Below the pieces are notes generated by a model, which was given only the letters and a program-made list of their open reading frames with translations, did not search any database and was not told the DNA's origin. From contig NC_057749.1 of the NCBI RefSeq assembly GCF_004010195.1, positions 6,291,933-6,355,932 on the forward strand: a stretch of 64,000 bases of DNA, read 5' to 3'. This document shows, piece after piece, positions 61,576-64,000 of the stretch. The first letter of the stretch is position 1; every line of letters starts with the position of its first letter. The position numbers and the translations under genes are program-made. The DNA comes from Chiloscyllium plagiosum. Taxonomy: Eukaryota.

Positions 61576-61682
61576 TTCCCCATCATTAATCCCCAGTATC
61601 CATTCTGCAGCACTGGACAATGATAACGCCTCTTTCACGATGCCCCCAGATGGACTGAGCCACCGTTTTGAGCAATTTTGAG

Positions 61683-62020
61683 TGGCACGGTGGCTCAGGG
61701 CCGAGCACTACTTGCCTCACTGCACCAGGGACCCAGGTTCAATTCCACTCTCAGGCAGCTGTCTGCGTGGAGTTTGCACATTCTCCATGTGCCTGTGTGG
61801 GTTTCCTCCGGGTGCTCCGGTTCCTCCCACAGTCCACAGATGTGCAGGTTAGAGGGATTGGCCATGCTAAATTGCCCCATAGTGTGCAGGCTGGGTGGAT
61901 TGGCTATGAGAAACTCAAGGATCGGTGAGGGGTCATGGGTCTAGGTGGGATGCTCTTAGGAAGGTCAGTGTGGACTCAATGGGTTGAATGGCCTGCTTCC
62001 ACACAGAAGAGATTCTATGA
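61683..62020 (+). mobile_element. HE1-type SINE
   Basis: Head, body and tail present. Confidence 0.88.
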
Positions 62021-63164
62021 ATTTAGCCAGACAGCCTTGAATAATGAGTGACCAGACTGGTATGTGTACAACTCCCCAAATGTGTTCCTGTGAACGCGCT
62101 GACTGGCAGCATTGTGCCCACAGTCTGTAGAGGTACAGACCCTCCAGCATGGCAGTCCCAACTGAACACCAAACCATGCTCATGTCCCTGAACTGAATTT
62201 GGAAGCTGCCCTTGACTTATAGCATCAGGACACCCTGACTGAAGGTTGTCACCGTGAACTTGGCTGGGGAATACTACCCTTGGACTTTGATGCCATGGCT
62301 GTGGGATTGCTGCATAATCTGTCAGCACATGGCGCAAGAGTGGTGTTGACATAGCCATACGGCAGCATGTCCTCCCCCTTGCCTGATCACTGTTGACCAC
62401 CATGACAAGCTGTCTGGCATTGTGTCTTGACAAGGTGGAGGAATTGCTCTGGCTGAGGGAGCAAAGGGCAAAAATTCAAGGCATGGTTGAGCATCTAGGT
62501 AGGTGCTAAGGGAATGCGCACTAAGGGAGCACATGAGCAGCCCTGGTCCAATCTATGAGATAGGTGCAAAGCATCCTTTCAAAGAGAGGTGTTAGTGTGC
62601 TCCAAACAAGGGCAGCCTCAGAATGTAAGTGCATCGGTCATGTCCTGTGGTTGTATGGAGAGGCCAGTACATGTCATATGCCAGTATGCATGACATGAGA
62701 TGCATGCGGCCTCTTCCAATGGAGTGTATCCTGAGATGCCAAGTATTCAAGATGGAGGCTGGGATGAAAGTTGGGTACCACTTTGACTTTAATATTGGGA
62801 ATTCTTGGCATCTTGTTTCTATCTGGGAGGTTATAGAATTGGAACCAGTGTATTAATGAGGCAAGGTTAGGTAGTATAGGGCAGTGATATTGATCTGGGT
62901 GGAATACTCTTTGGAAGGTCAGTGTGGACACAATGGTGCAGGCCATTGAGCCATTTGGCCCATCATTAGGCCCCTGACTATTCATGAGTGAGAATCTCCT
63001 TCTGCCATCCAGAACTTTGTTGGAAGATGTGACTTCTTTGCTCCCAGTGTTGAGAAAGGCCTCACTCAACTTCTTACATGATTCTGCCAAATCTCTCATC
63101 ATAGCCTACATCATTCAGGGCCCAGGAAAGTTTTGTCCCATGAATCTGCAGCTTATGATTCTGA

Positions 63165-63765
63165 AAAAGTCTGTCTACCATCTACAAGGCACAAGTCAAG
63201 AGTGTAATGGAATACTGCCCACTTGCCTGGATGGGTGCAGCTCCAACAACACTCAGGAAGCTCAACACCATCCAGCACAAAACAGCCTGCTCAATTGAGA
63301 CCACATCGAGAAACATTCATTCTCTCCACCATTGATGCTCAGTAGCAGAGGTATGCACCATTTACAAGATGCACTGCAGAAAGTAGCCAAAAATTGTTAG
63401 GCAGCACCTTCCAAACCCACAACCACACCACCTATCTGTATCTTCAAGATATAGCTGACTATAATTAATCAATTATTGAATCATTTGTTCATTCATTCAT
63501 TCATCTCTCCTGGTAAAGGTAGCTGATAAATGGAAACACCACCCACTGCATGTTCCCCTCCAAGCTACTCACAATCTCGACTTGAAAACTTATCTCCATT
63601 CTCTGTGTTGCTGGGTCAAAACCCCTGAACTCCCTCCCTCATGGCTTTGTGGGTGTACCTACACTGAATGGAGTGCAGTGTTTCAAGAAGCAATTCACTA
63701 CCACTTTCTGAAGGGCAACCCGGGACATATCATCCAGTAATGCCTTCATCCAATGACTCAATTCT
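63165..63765 (+). mobile_element. Old non-LTR retrotransposon 3' region
   Basis: IYKAQVKSVMEYCPLAWMGAAPTTLRKLNTIQHKTACSI; second copy of 51895-53395. Confidence 0.75.
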
Positions 63766-63884
63766 TAACAAAGCTAAGGCCAATCAACGTTCTGGATAGA
63801 CTGAGGATAATATCCTGTCAGAAGTTTGAAGTCAGATCCTAACTACCAATCAGCTGTGCAACAGCGACAGGGCGTGATAATATG

Positions 63885-63970
63885 GAACAAAACCAGGGAG
63901 TGCTGGAGAAACTCAGTCGATCTGGTAGCATCTGCAGAGAGAGAAAAACAGAGTTAACATTTTGAGTCCT
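63885..63970 (-). mobile_element. Family C cassette arm, decayed
   Basis: TGCTGGAGAAACTCAG...AGCATCTG...AGAGTTAACATTT matches 29760-29826. Confidence 0.6.
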
Positions 63971-64000
63971 TTGATGTGGAGTGAAAATAGCTGGGAAATT

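Noticed and set aside
62030..63130. Unique-looking region with several ORFs, possibly a decayed DNA transposon
   Set aside because: No transposase motif, TIR or TSD could be supported by eye.

Overview
Non-coding, repeat-dense vertebrate DNA. The many HE1-type tRNA-derived SINEs and their CR1/HER1-type partner LINEs suggest an elasmobranch (shark/ray) genome; this is inference. No host protein-coding exon could be supported: the recognisable ORFs in the track are decayed retroelement sequence. The window contains one near full-length CR1 LINE (39198-44456), many truncated CR1 copies, Rex1/Babar fragments, Penelope GIY-YIG remnants, four related solo LTRs, two pogo/Tigger-like MITEs, at least four SINE families and a 902-N assembly gap. 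The most interesting signal is more than 20 minimal type-I hammerhead-ribozyme-like motifs (CTGANGA-stem II-GAA-[ACGT/AGCT]-H) in about five sequence families. Most sit in short (about 90-480 bp) cassettes that are often fold-back and flanked by 6-18 bp target-site duplications (TSDs). One family is physically linked to Penelope GIY-YIG ORF remnants. Family names were assigned by recognition only, with no database search. Boundaries without a TSD are approximate.
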